Source of the DNA: Chitinophagaceae bacterium
Lineage (GTDB): Bacteria > Bacteroidota > Bacteroidia > Chitinophagales > Chitinophagaceae
Assembly (NCBI GenBank): GCA_051861445.1
Contig: JBHYCS010000021.1
Coordinates: 5,381-69,380, forward strand
Reading direction: 5' to 3'
Length of the DNA stretch: 64,000 bases
Numbering within the stretch: the stretch's first letter is position 1; each line of letters starts with the position of its first letter. Under the pieces are notes generated by a model that saw only the letters and a list, made by a program, of their open reading frames with translations, was not told where the DNA came from and ran no database searches. The position numbers and the translations under genes are program-made. Positions 30,384-40,280 of the stretch are shown piece by piece.

Positions 30384-31508
30384 TTATTGAACTAAAAATT
30401 TGTAAACAGATGTATGTGTGTAAACAGCTCCTGGTTTTAAAATAGTTGATGGAAAATTGGGTTGATTTGGACTATTTGGAAAATGTTGTGTTTCTAAACA
30501 CAAAGCTGCATGTTTTACATACTTCGCTCCTTTTTTGGTATTTTGTAATGTACCATTTAAAAAGTTACCACTATAAAATTGTATGCCAGGTTCTGTAGTA
30601 TATACTTCCATTACTCTGCCTGAAGCGGTGTGCTCAAGCGTTGCTGCTAATGTTAAACTACTATCTTTTTTGTTCAATACCCAATTATGATCGTAACCAC
30701 CTTTTACTGCTGCAATATCTTTACCAATGGTTTTGGGTTTTGTGAAATCCATTGGTGTATTTTTTACTGCATCAATTGTACCCAAAGGAATTAAAACATC
30801 GTTTACAGGCGTGTAGGCATCTGCTAAAAGTTGTAAGCTATGGTTTAGAATAGTTGAATCTTTACCAGCAGATAAATTAAAATAACAATGGTTGGTTAGG
30901 TTTATAGGTGTTGTTTTATCGGTTGCTGCTTCATAAGAAATAGCCAATGCATTATCAGATCTTAACGTGTAAACAACGCTTATGCTTACATTTCCTGGAT
31001 AACCTTCTTCTCCATCTTTACTTAAATAAGTTAGTTTTAAACTACTATCACCTTGTTGCTTTTCTACATTCCAAACCACTTTATCAAAGCCTTTAATTCC
31101 ACCATGTAAACTTTGTCCATTATCGTTTTTAGCTAATTGATACGTTTTTCCATCAATTGTAAAATTACCATTTGCAATACGATTAGCATATCTGCCTACT
31201 AAACAACCAAAGTATGGATTTCCTTTTTGGAGAAAGCCAGTTAAAGAATCGTAGCCCAAGATAACATCGCCAAAAACACCCTCTTTATCTTTTGTAAAAA
31301 GTTGGGTAACCGTTCCTCCATAATTCATAATACTTACTTTCATTCCATCAGGATTGGTAATTGTATATTCAGTAATAACAGAACTATCAATAATTCCTAT
31401 TTTTTTTTCTGTAACTGAAAAACTAGATGTTCCTGTTTTTGTAGCTGTATTATTGTTACATGCTATTGTAACAATCACAAGTAAGAAGAAAGATGTGTAT
31501 TTTTTCAT
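30384..31508 (-). CDS. galM: Aldose 1-epimerase (mutarotase) with lipoprotein signal
   Basis: YFGCLVGRYANRI, SLHGG, EGYPGN, NLTNHCYFNL, GYDHNW, CLETQHFPNSPN; signal ends TIAC. Confidence 0.93.
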   Translation of the reverse strand: MKKYTSFFLLVIVTIACNNNTATKTGTSSFSVTEKKIGIIDSSVITEYTITNPDGMKVSIMNYGGTVTQLFTKDKEGVFGDVILGYDSLTGFLQKGNPYFGCLVGRYANRIANGNFTIDGKTYQLAKNDNGQSLHGGIKGFDKVVWNVEKQQGDSSLKLTYLSKDGEEGYPGNVSISVVYTLRSDNALAISYEAATDKTTPINLTNHCYFNLSAGKDSTILNHSLQLLADAYTPVNDVLIPLGTIDAVKNTPMDFTKPKTIGKDIAAVKGGYDHNWVLNKKDSSLTLAATLEHTASGRVMEVYTTEPGIQFYSGNFLNGTLQNTKKGAKYVKHAALCLETQHFPNSPNQPNFPSTILKPGAVYTHTSVYKFLVQ

Positions 31509-31551
31509 ATGGTTTTTTTTAAAAGTTTAAATAAGTATAAACAGGTAAATA

Positions 31552-32253
31552 TTACTGACCGTAATAAGAATTTGGCCCATGTTTGCGTTCGAAATGTTTG
31601 GAAATAAGTGCATCTTTTAAACGAGGTGCACTGGGATTAATTTGTTCTGTTAGTAAAGCCATTTTAGCTATACATTCTAAAACAGCACTATTATGTACAG
31701 CTTTAGCAGCATTTTTCCCCCAGGTAAACGGAGCATGATTACCTACTAAAACCATTTCAACTTCCTGATAATTGTATTGCTTTTCTTGAAAATGATTCAT
31801 AATTTGAAAACCTGTTTCATATTCGTAATTACCTTGAATCATTTTATCATTCATTGGAGGAGCACAAGGAATGTCTACGGTATTGTAATCGGCATGAGTC
31901 GTTCCAAAAATGGGTATATTTCTTTGAGATTGAGCCCAAGCAGTTGCATACGTTGAATGAGTATGCACAATACCACCAATATCTTCCCAATGTTTATACA
32001 AAACAGCATGGGTTAATGTATCTGACGATGGTCTTAAATCTCCAGCAACCGTTTTCCCTTCAAAATCAACAATCACCATTTTATCAGGCGACAAATTTTC
32101 ATAAGCCACACCACTAGGTTTTATAGCAAATACACCTAAACTTCTATCTGCAGCACTTACATTTCCAAACGTAAATAAAACCAAACCCAATTGTGGTAAT
32201 TGCATATTGGCTTCGTATGCTTCTTGTTGAATATGCTGATATGGATTGTTCAT
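31552..32253 (-). CDS. araD: L-ribulose-5-phosphate 4-epimerase
   Basis: LVLFTFGNVS, IKPSGV, PSSDTLTH, GIVHTHS, GTTHAD, NHAPFTWG, KHFERKHG. Confidence 0.96.
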   Translation of the reverse strand: MNNPYQHIQQEAYEANMQLPQLGLVLFTFGNVSAADRSLGVFAIKPSGVAYENLSPDKMVIVDFEGKTVAGDLRPSSDTLTHAVLYKHWEDIGGIVHTHSTYATAWAQSQRNIPIFGTTHADYNTVDIPCAPPMNDKMIQGNYEYETGFQIMNHFQEKQYNYQEVEMVLVGNHAPFTWGKNAAKAVHNSAVLECIAKMALLTEQINPSAPRLKDALISKHFERKHGPNSYYGQ

Positions 32254-32258
32254 ACGAA

Positions 32259-33899
32259 TTATTTTGATTGAATAAATGAGCCTAATTGTATATATTGTTG
32301 ATAGCGTTTTTGATAATATTCTACCAAATTGGCGTTGGGAGAATATACGGCGTCGAAACCTTGTCCCATTGCTTGCATGGCATTTTCAACAGAAGGATAA
32401 ACTCCAGCAACTGTTGCAGCAAACATAGCTGCACCAGCAGCACAAGTTTGTTCGCTTTTATGAATACGAATTGGCATATTCATTACATTAGCCATTACTT
32501 GCATAATGTAAGGCGATTTTTTGGCAACGCCACCAATGCCTATCAAACCTTTTACAGAAATACCTTCTTCTATAAATCTGTCTACAATTGCTTTTGCACC
32601 AAAACAGGTTGCTTCTACTAATGCCTTAAATATTCTAGGAGCGTCTGATCCTAAGTTTAAATTTAATATTGCCCCTTTTAATTGTTGGTTAGCATCTGGT
32701 GTTCTTCTTCCATTTAACCAATCAACTGCCAATTCATCATCTTCCAATAAAGGCAAATTTGCTGCCGCTGTAGACAGGTCTGCTATCATTTTATTAATGA
32801 TCGATTCTTTCAATTCGGAATCATGAATATAAGTTTCAATAGACCAACTAAGTACATTTCTAAACCAAGCGTATACATCTCCAAAAGCAGACTGACCAGC
32901 TTCTAAACCCATCATGGATGGAATAATTGAACCAGGCACTTGACCACAAATTCCTTTTACTAATTTTGATTGCACTTCTTCTAAAGGAGCCACCAACATA
33001 TCACAAGTAGAAGTACCCATTACTTTACTTAGATGGTAGGGTTCTATTTGTCCGCCAACAGCACCCATGTGTGCATCAAAAGCACCAACACCTACCAATA
33101 CATTTGTTGATAATCCTAATTTATTTGCCCATTCTTCCGATAAATTTCCTACCGATTTATCGGCTGTATAAGTTTCTGTAAATAACCTATCTGTAATTCC
33201 ATCTAATAAAGGATCTAAAGCAGAAAAGAAATCGTTAGGTGGTAATCCATTAAATTCTTTTGCCCACAATGCTTTGTGACCTGCAGAACAAACACCTCTT
33301 TTAATGTTTGCAGCATCATTTTCTCCTGTTAACAAAAAAGGTATCCAATCACAATGTTCTACAAAAGAATATAGATGATTTCTTACTTGCTCATCTACAC
33401 GTAACACATGTAAAAGTTTTGCCCAAAACCATTCACTAGAATAAATGCCACCTACAAATTGCAAATAATTGATGGGGTATTTTGTTGCATGTTCGTTTAT
33501 TTCTGCCGCCTCTTTTACAGAAGTATGATCTTTCCATAAAACAAACATTGCATTCGGATTTTCAGCAAATTCTGGCAATAAAGAAAGTGGCACACCTTGT
33601 TTGTTTACTGCTATTGGCGTTGAACCAGTGGTGTCGACAGAAATAGCTTTTACCAAAGCTGCTACATCTTTACCAGCGGTTTGCAAGCATTGAGTTATAG
33701 TAGCCTCTAACCCTTCAATATAATCGAGTGGATGTTGCCGAAATTGGCTATTCGTAGCATTACAATACAATTGTTTTTTCCAGCGAGGATAATAAAATAC
33801 CGAAGTAGCCACTTCGTTTCCATTGGCTGCATTTACTAAAACAGCACGTACAGAGTCGGTTCCGTAGTCAACTCCTATGACAAAGCTTTCGTTTTTCAT
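32259..33899 (-). CDS. araB: Ribulokinase
   Basis: IGVDYGTDSVRA, QFRQHPLDY, DTTGSTP, LWKDHT, YSSEWFWAK, DWLNGRRTP, EATCFG. Confidence 0.96.
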   Translation of the reverse strand: MKNESFVIGVDYGTDSVRAVLVNAANGNEVATSVFYYPRWKKQLYCNATNSQFRQHPLDYIEGLEATITQCLQTAGKDVAALVKAISVDTTGSTPIAVNKQGVPLSLLPEFAENPNAMFVLWKDHTSVKEAAEINEHATKYPINYLQFVGGIYSSEWFWAKLLHVLRVDEQVRNHLYSFVEHCDWIPFLLTGENDAANIKRGVCSAGHKALWAKEFNGLPPNDFFSALDPLLDGITDRLFTETYTADKSVGNLSEEWANKLGLSTNVLVGVGAFDAHMGAVGGQIEPYHLSKVMGTSTCDMLVAPLEEVQSKLVKGICGQVPGSIIPSMMGLEAGQSAFGDVYAWFRNVLSWSIETYIHDSELKESIINKMIADLSTAAANLPLLEDDELAVDWLNGRRTPDANQQLKGAILNLNLGSDAPRIFKALVEATCFGAKAIVDRFIEEGISVKGLIGIGGVAKKSPYIMQVMANVMNMPIRIHKSEQTCAAGAAMFAATVAGVYPSVENAMQAMGQGFDAVYSPNANLVEYYQKRYQQYIQLGSFIQSK

Positions 33900-33904
33900 A
33901 CAAA

Positions 33905-33912
33905 CAAATTTA
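33905..33912 (-). promoter_or_regulatory. -7 box for araB
   Basis: Minus strand TAAATTTG-TTTGT-ATG. Confidence 0.55.
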
Positions 33913-33931
33913 AGTGTATTATTGACACTTA
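33911..33931. promoter_or_regulatory. Candidate AraR-type (NrtR family) operator
   Basis: Perfect-arm palindrome TAAGTGT-ATTATTG-ACACTTA directly upstream of araB, overlapping the -7 box. Confidence 0.7.
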
Positions 33932-33968
33932 TAAAAATAATTTTTAGCTTTTAATACTGGTTTTAAAA

Positions 33969-36900
33969 TTACTCTGCCTCAATAATAGGCAACCAAATTT
34001 CGAAAACTGTTCCAGAAGATTCGTTTGTTTGAAAACGAATAGTGCCTTTCATTTTTTCAATAATGCCTTTACAAATAGCCAATCCTAGGCCTGTACCTGA
34101 TGTTTTGGTGGTGAAGTTTGGCGTAAAAATATGGTCAATTACATCTAATGGAATGCCTTTACCATTATCGGCTATTGAAATATAAATACCGTTGTTTTGA
34201 TTTTTTTGATGAATTTGAATTACACATGTTTCATGATTACCAACTGCTTCGATAGCATTTTTAATAAGATTGGTAAATAACCGACTTAACTGCGTTTTAT
34301 CAGCAACAGTTGTATAAGTACCATCATCAATAGTATGTGTAATTTGCACCACCTCTTCTTGCCTATGCAAGTAAACAACTGTAGACAAAACATCGGTAAC
34401 ATTTACAGATTCTAAAACTGCGTTTCCAATATTTGCAAATTGAGAAAAATCGCCAGCAATTTTTGCCAATTGATCGATTTGCTCAATTAGAGTTTGAGCT
34501 ACTTTTTGCGATAATTCTTTTGTATTAGGTGCGTTGTTATCAATTGCTTTTTGCAAGTATTGAATACTTAATTTCATGGGTGTAAGTGGGTTTTTAATTT
34601 CATGAGCCACTTGCCTAGCCATTTCTCTCCAAGCAACTTCTCGTTCACTTCTTGCCAAAGCTTGAGCACTTACTTCTAACTTTTGCACCATTGTATTGTA
34701 TTCATTTACCAAAGCCAAAATTTCATCTTTTCTGTTCCATGCTATCTCTTCATTGTGTTTACCAATATTTACATCTCTCATTTTTTCGGTAATTACACCA
34801 AATAAAGCAACAATCCGTTCGGTTAATAAAAATGCAATTGCACCAGCTAATAAAAAAACGAAAGCATTTAAGTTAATTAAAGTAGCAATAAAGCTAGAAA
34901 TTTCGTTGTTTAATTCTAACTGAGAGTTGAGATATGGAATATTTAAATAACCGTAAACATTGCCCAATTCATCAATTACAGGTGTATAAATACTTAAGTA
35001 CTTAAGCTTACCTATGTATTCTTGCTGAATGACTTTATTGGTTTTGTTATGATTGAATTGATAAAATGCAATTGCATTCATTTTTGTATTGAGCAATTGC
35101 TTGGTATAAATATGTCGTTGAGTGGTTGCAAGCAAACTACCATTAGAACTGTAAAAATTAATATCGGTATTGTAAATAGATGCAACTTCAGAAATTCTTT
35201 TTTCAAAATTGCTGCCAAAGCCAACATCATTAATGGTTGCAACATCATCAAATAATAACTGTGTTTGTACTTGTGTTAGTTTATTACTAATTTCTGCAGC
35301 AACGGCATCAATAGTTTTAGAAAGTCGTTGTTGATTGGTAGAATTAAATTTATCTACAAAGAAGGTAATAGTTGCAGCACCAATAATTACAAAAGAAAAT
35401 ATACTTACAAATATGATGGTAGCATGAATTTGAGAACGAATGCTCAATTTTAAAGCTGCAACAAGTGCCTGCTTACTAAACTTTGTGCGTAATAAGAAAC
35501 TAGAAACATGAAAAAAAACAATGACCACTAGTATTGTAAAAAACAAGTAAGCAAATAGTGTAACCACATCTATTACTGTTCTCATTTCTTTTACTACAAC
35601 AACTGTTTTATTGGTTCCTGCATTAAACCACAGTTCACTCATGTTGTTGTTTTTTTTCAACACAAAATCGAATGGGGTTACTACTTTTTTATCAATTACT
35701 AAAGGATAATTGTAATCGTTTTGCTGATTAGTAAGTTTGTTGTTGATATAAACTGCATAAGCATACGTATTATAATCACTAGTATTTGTTTCTTGAGCCT
35801 GACTAAAAAGTGATGGATATAAAGCTTCACTTTTAAATGGTTTTGGCTTAGCTAGAATAAATAAATAGCCCAATAAACTATCAGCTTTTACAATGGCTTT
35901 TTTAAAAATATAATGCTGCTCGTTACCTGTGGTTTCAAAAGCATATAAACCTGCAATGTTGTTGAGCGTAGATTTATTTTCTGTAAAACGATTAAGTTGA
36001 TTAAACGATGTAGAATCATCGTTATGAATAGGTTGTAATTGATGATTATAGGTATAAATGCTTGTTTCGAATCTATTTAAATAACCAGAAAAATTTTCGT
36101 TTAAAATACTGTCTTTTATAAAATGATTGGCAAATTCGAACTGTAATCTTTCATAGTTTTTTACAAGAATGTTATTATCTACATTACTCAATGCAATACT
36201 TAAAATATTTTCTCCATTCGGATCGTTTTGTTGTACTAATCTTTCTGCTATTTTCTTTCGCTGAGCCCATTCAACCGATGCGTTTTCATAGGTAACCAAT
36301 AGTGTAATTGAGAACGAAAAAAAGATAACCCAAAAAATAAAAAAAGTAGATTTTAAGATAGGTAAATAGAAATCTTTTTTTCTAAAATGCAATAAAATTA
36401 AATATAGAATACACCAAACCAATACAACAATATGCATACCTACATCAATAGAATCTAGTCGTATACTAATGTAGATTAAACCAGCAACGGATGTTACCAA
36501 TATTTGCTTAAAAATGGCAACATCATTGATCAGTAAAGGTTTAATAAAAATGTGCGATAAATGATATAACGCTAAAACAAAAAATGCAAGAATGATAAAA
36601 CTGATTACACTGTATACATTTAAACTGAAAAATTTAGATACATCAAATGAAATTTTAGAATCTGCCACTAAACTTGCAATAGCATTGGCAAACATAAAAC
36701 AAACTGCTAGCAACAGAATATTATAAACATATTGCAAACCGCTATACTTACCTAAATATTTGGTTTTTATATTTGGCATTGGCCCAACAAAAACAGTAAA
36801 CTTAAAGAAGCCAACCAACCAAAACAATAAGATGCTATTGATTAACAAATCGCCTAAAGAAGGATGTAAAAAATTAGATGCATAAATAGATGGATCGAAT

Positions 36901-37730
36901 AAACCAAGCCTAGAAAAATCAAAAGGAAATGGAGCTTGATAAGTTATAAAACGAATGATACAAACACTTATCAACAAAAATAAAAAACCTTTAATTGCAC
37001 TTTTATTGTTTACAACTTCTACTGCTGTTCTATTTAAAAATAAAACCAAAAGAATAATGCTAAATAAACGCAGAAGTATGGTAAAAATATCGTAGCCAGC
37101 ATAATTATGCCCTTCTTTTTCTTTAATATAAAATAGCTTTTTACCTTTTGTATTTGTAACAGGCAGACCTTGCAGCGAGTCTGTAATTTCATATTGTTCG
37201 TCTAATTGTGCATATCCTTCAAAATCTTTTTGTAGGTATTTGTTTTCTATAAAATAATCCCACAAAACAGGAATAATGGCAACTACTACAATTTGTTTTT
37301 GACCAATGCTGTATGTTTTTTTTATCAGTTCAAAATGCCCATTTTGATGAATGCTACTATAACTTCCATCTTCATATTGCAATTCTGAGGCACTTAAGCT
37401 AAATAGATTATTGTTCCAAAAAGTAAGAATTGGACTTCCTACATCGTTGATGGTGTACACATAAAAACCATACTTTTTATTGAAGAGTTTTCTTTTAGAA
37501 GAAAAAGAACTATCGTTTAACAACGATTTTATAAAACTAGTATCTTGAAATAAAGCATTAATTTCTAACTCTGTAGAAGCTATTTTTTTTTCAATTTTAT
37601 TTTTCACCTTTAGAGGTGTAGCATTGTACAACCAATAGTTACTTACAATAAACGAAATCGTAAATAACCAAGCAGCAATAATGAGTAAAAACCCATGTTT
37701 GTAAACTGCTTTGGGTATAAAACGTATCAA
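33969..37730 (-). CDS. Large multi-TM sensor histidine kinase (HAMP-HisKA-HATPase, NtrY-like core)
   Basis: AWREMARQVAHEIKNPLTPMKL, NLIKNAIEA, ADNGKGI, FTPNFTTKTSGTGLGL; 1253 aa; TTG start overlaps the mazG stop by 4 nt. Confidence 0.9.
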   Translation of the reverse strand: MIRFIPKAVYKHGFLLIIAAWLFTISFIVSNYWLYNATPLKVKNKIEKKIASTELEINALFQDTSFIKSLLNDSSFSSKRKLFNKKYGFYVYTINDVGSPILTFWNNNLFSLSASELQYEDGSYSSIHQNGHFELIKKTYSIGQKQIVVVAIIPVLWDYFIENKYLQKDFEGYAQLDEQYEITDSLQGLPVTNTKGKKLFYIKEKEGHNYAGYDIFTILLRLFSIILLVLFLNRTAVEVVNNKSAIKGFLFLLISVCIIRFITYQAPFPFDFSRLGLFDPSIYASNFLHPSLGDLLINSILLFWLVGFFKFTVFVGPMPNIKTKYLGKYSGLQYVYNILLLAVCFMFANAIASLVADSKISFDVSKFFSLNVYSVISFIILAFFVLALYHLSHIFIKPLLINDVAIFKQILVTSVAGLIYISIRLDSIDVGMHIVVLVWCILYLILLHFRKKDFYLPILKSTFFIFWVIFFSFSITLLVTYENASVEWAQRKKIAERLVQQNDPNGENILSIALSNVDNNILVKNYERLQFEFANHFIKDSILNENFSGYLNRFETSIYTYNHQLQPIHNDDSTSFNQLNRFTENKSTLNNIAGLYAFETTGNEQHYIFKKAIVKADSLLGYLFILAKPKPFKSEALYPSLFSQAQETNTSDYNTYAYAVYINNKLTNQQNDYNYPLVIDKKVVTPFDFVLKKNNNMSELWFNAGTNKTVVVVKEMRTVIDVVTLFAYLFFTILVVIVFFHVSSFLLRTKFSKQALVAALKLSIRSQIHATIIFVSIFSFVIIGAATITFFVDKFNSTNQQRLSKTIDAVAAEISNKLTQVQTQLLFDDVATINDVGFGSNFEKRISEVASIYNTDINFYSSNGSLLATTQRHIYTKQLLNTKMNAIAFYQFNHNKTNKVIQQEYIGKLKYLSIYTPVIDELGNVYGYLNIPYLNSQLELNNEISSFIATLINLNAFVFLLAGAIAFLLTERIVALFGVITEKMRDVNIGKHNEEIAWNRKDEILALVNEYNTMVQKLEVSAQALARSEREVAWREMARQVAHEIKNPLTPMKLSIQYLQKAIDNNAPNTKELSQKVAQTLIEQIDQLAKIAGDFSQFANIGNAVLESVNVTDVLSTVVYLHRQEEVVQITHTIDDGTYTTVADKTQLSRLFTNLIKNAIEAVGNHETCVIQIHQKNQNNGIYISIADNGKGIPLDVIDHIFTPNFTTKTSGTGLGLAICKGIIEKMKGTIRFQTNESSGTVFEIWLPIIEAE

Positions 37731-38515
37731 TTTGTTTTATTTAAAAGTTTAACCTTATTCCAAATAGCATCCATTTCTTGTAAAGACATATCTGTTAGTG
37801 ATTTGCCTTCAGCATTTGCTATTTTTTCAATTTGTTGAAAGCGATAGATAAACTTTTGATTGGTTTTTTCTAAAACGCCTTCTGCATCTAGCTGCAAAAA
37901 ACGTGCATAGTTTATTAAGCTAAACAAAACATCGCCAAACTCTTCTTCAATATGTTGTTGATTCTGTTGTTCGATGGCAGATTTTAATTCACCAATTTCT
38001 TCTTCTACTTTTTTCCAAACATCTTCAATATTATCCCATTCAAAACCAACTTGCTTTGCTTTTTCTTGTATTCGAGTGGCTTTTACAACAGCTGGCAACG
38101 ATGTTGGAACACCGCTCAATACACTTTTATTAGCTTTTCCTTTTTCTTGAAGTTTTAATTGTTCCCAATTTTTTTTCACTTCTTCTTCGTTGGCAACTTC
38201 TACATTTCCATAAATATGTGGATGCCTATGAATAAGCTTTTTACTAATGGATTCTAACACATCTTGCAATGTAAATTGTTGCTGTTCGGTAGCTATTTTG
38301 CTGTAAAACAATAAATGCAGCATAACATCGCCTAACTCTTCTTTAATATCTTGCCAATTTTCGGCAGTAATGGCATCGGTTAATTCATACATTTCTTCAA
38401 TAGTTAATGGACGAAGTGTATGAATAGTTTGCTTTTTATCCCATGGACATTTTTCTCTTAGTTCATCCATTATTTTTACCAAAGCCAAAAAAGAATCTGA
38501 CAAATGTTGTTGCAT
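37727..38515 (-). CDS. mazG: Nucleoside triphosphate pyrophosphohydrolase (tandem MazG)
   Basis: LREKCPWDKKQT, IEEMYEL, EELGDV, RHPHIYG, VGFEW, EEEFGDVLFSLIN. Confidence 0.95.
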   Translation of the reverse strand: MQQHLSDSFLALVKIMDELREKCPWDKKQTIHTLRPLTIEEMYELTDAITAENWQDIKEELGDVMLHLLFYSKIATEQQQFTLQDVLESISKKLIHRHPHIYGNVEVANEEEVKKNWEQLKLQEKGKANKSVLSGVPTSLPAVVKATRIQEKAKQVGFEWDNIEDVWKKVEEEIGELKSAIEQQNQQHIEEEFGDVLFSLINYARFLQLDAEGVLEKTNQKFIYRFQQIEKIANAEGKSLTDMSLQEMDAIWNKVKLLNKTN

Positions 38516-38524
38516 ACATTAAAA

Positions 38525-39700
38525 TTACACATTAAAGAAAGTGAGTACTAAGAATATTACCGACAAGAAGATAATTACAAAAAATGATACCGCATTTAAA
38601 ATAATAAACTTAACAATGGTTTTAAATCTTTTTTCTAAATACACATTACGCATTGTTTTGTACAAATGAAAAAAACTAGCAAGGTAAATAAGACCTGAAA
38701 GTATATTTAAAAATGAGTAATTGAGTGATTCATTTAACTTACTTATTAAAAAAAACACAATGCTTATTACAAAAGTGGTAATGTATGCATAAACAGAAAA
38801 AATAAGATGGTTTACATAAAAAAAAGACTTTTTTCTGCCATATAAAATTTGAAGAACTAGTGCAAATATGGGTAGAGATATAAAAAACATTTGAGGAAAT
38901 GAATGAGCAAACTTATCCATGATTAGTTTGGGAAAATCTACGAAATTTAATACTCCCTTACCTTTCAATGAATAAAACTTTTCGCCAAATTTTCGTTGTA
39001 TCCAATTATCTCTTTTTTCTTTAGGCAAGCTACTTTGGTAGTCTCGATAATCTTGTAAATTTTTTAGCCTTGATGGCAGTCTATTTTTAAAAATGGTAAT
39101 GCTATCCTTGGCATTTTCAACTTCATACTTTGCTCGAATATCTTCAGCCGTTAAAAGTGTATCTTTTAGTGCTGGATTTCTTTTTCGAAATGCCTCATTT
39201 TTTTTAATAATTTTCTTATTTCTAAGGGCAGCAATTCGTTCGTAATAATCAGATTTTAAACTTGCCAAACTTTGTTTGCGTATAGAATCATTTGTATCAC
39301 CTATTAAGCTATCGATGTAAGAAATACTTTTTTCTGCTTGCTGCAATCGAATGGTATTTGCATCTATATTTTCAATGCCATTAAACTTTACTGTTCCAAA
39401 GAAAATAATGAAGAAAATGGCTGACGTAAACACATACATTTTTATGGGGTTTAAATAGCTATTTCTTCTCCCCTTCATGTATTCTGTTACTAAAAAGCCA
39501 GGCCTGAATAGTAAATATTTAAGCGTAAAGAAAAACTTACTATCAAAATGCGTTACATCATAAACAAAATGCGTTACAAGGTGAAAAAAGCTCTCTTTAA
39601 TTTCTACGTTTTCTTGTCCACATATATGGCAATATCGGCCTTGAACAATTGCATTACAGTTTAAACAATTTTTTTCTTTTCGTTCAACGAGATGTGACAC
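38525..39700 (-). CDS. DUF3667 membrane protein with N-terminal zinc ribbon
   Basis: CLNC...YCHICGQ, D(S)KFFFTLKYLLFRPGFL..EY..GRR..YLNP, FYVNHLIFSVY; GTG start. Confidence 0.85.
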   Translation of the reverse strand: MSHLVERKEKNCLNCNAIVQGRYCHICGQENVEIKESFFHLVTHFVYDVTHFDSKFFFTLKYLLFRPGFLVTEYMKGRRNSYLNPIKMYVFTSAIFFIIFFGTVKFNGIENIDANTIRLQQAEKSISYIDSLIGDTNDSIRKQSLASLKSDYYERIAALRNKKIIKKNEAFRKRNPALKDTLLTAEDIRAKYEVENAKDSITIFKNRLPSRLKNLQDYRDYQSSLPKEKRDNWIQRKFGEKFYSLKGKGVLNFVDFPKLIMDKFAHSFPQMFFISLPIFALVLQILYGRKKSFFYVNHLIFSVYAYITTFVISIVFFLISKLNESLNYSFLNILSGLIYLASFFHLYKTMRNVYLEKRFKTIVKFIILNAVSFFVIIFLSVIFLVLTFFNV

Positions 39701-39755
39701 TTGCAGTTAGTTTTTTTTAAAAATAAGGGAAATTGTATAATTTAATAAACAAAAA

Positions 39756-40193
39756 CTATCCATTATATTTTCGCTTTTTTTCAGGCGAATAATTGAGTTG
39801 TTCTTGTAACGATTCTGGTGAAGGATTATTGGTAATGCCTACAGCAATTTGAAAGAGTACAAAACACAAAACAATTGATGCTATTATTTCTTGCCAAGTA
39901 ATCCAATAGCCATAAAAGGTGTACAATTTCGCTTTTTGAGGATGTTCGGTTTCGTAAATTAACTGAACAGTTTCATTTTCTGTAAAACGAGTAAACGTTT
40001 GTTGTATGGGTATTTTATATTGCTTTTTTGATAAAGAAAAAAAAGCAAATGGTTGTAATTCTTTTGAAGAACTATCTACTAGGAAATGAACAGTTGCTGG
40101 TGTTTTTTCTCCGTCGAAAAAATCGGGTTGACGCGTAAATAAAATATATAAACCAAAAATTACAATATACAATGTAAGTACAGATTTAAACAT
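39756..40193 (-). CDS. Hypothetical membrane protein
   Basis: N- and C-terminal hydrophobic helices, RQPDFFDGE; ATG 40193 preferred because the ORF-track start lies inside a terminator. Confidence 0.6.
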   Translation of the reverse strand: MFKSVLTLYIVIFGLYILFTRQPDFFDGEKTPATVHFLVDSSSKELQPFAFFSLSKKQYKIPIQQTFTRFTENETVQLIYETEHPQKAKLYTFYGYWITWQEIIASIVLCFVLFQIAVGITNNPSPESLQEQLNYSPEKKRKYNG

Positions 40194-40217
40194 AGGTAAA
40201 AGTAATGTTAGATTGAT

Positions 40218-40255
40218 AAAAAAAGTCATCGAAAAAAATTCATTTCGATGACTTT
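40218..40255 (-). terminator. Intrinsic terminator of uxuA
   Basis: AAAGTCATCGAAA-N8-TTTCGATGACTTT with a U-tract on the minus strand. Confidence 0.8.
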
Positions 40256-40280
40256 AACTTGTAGAATCTCTTTTTAAGAT

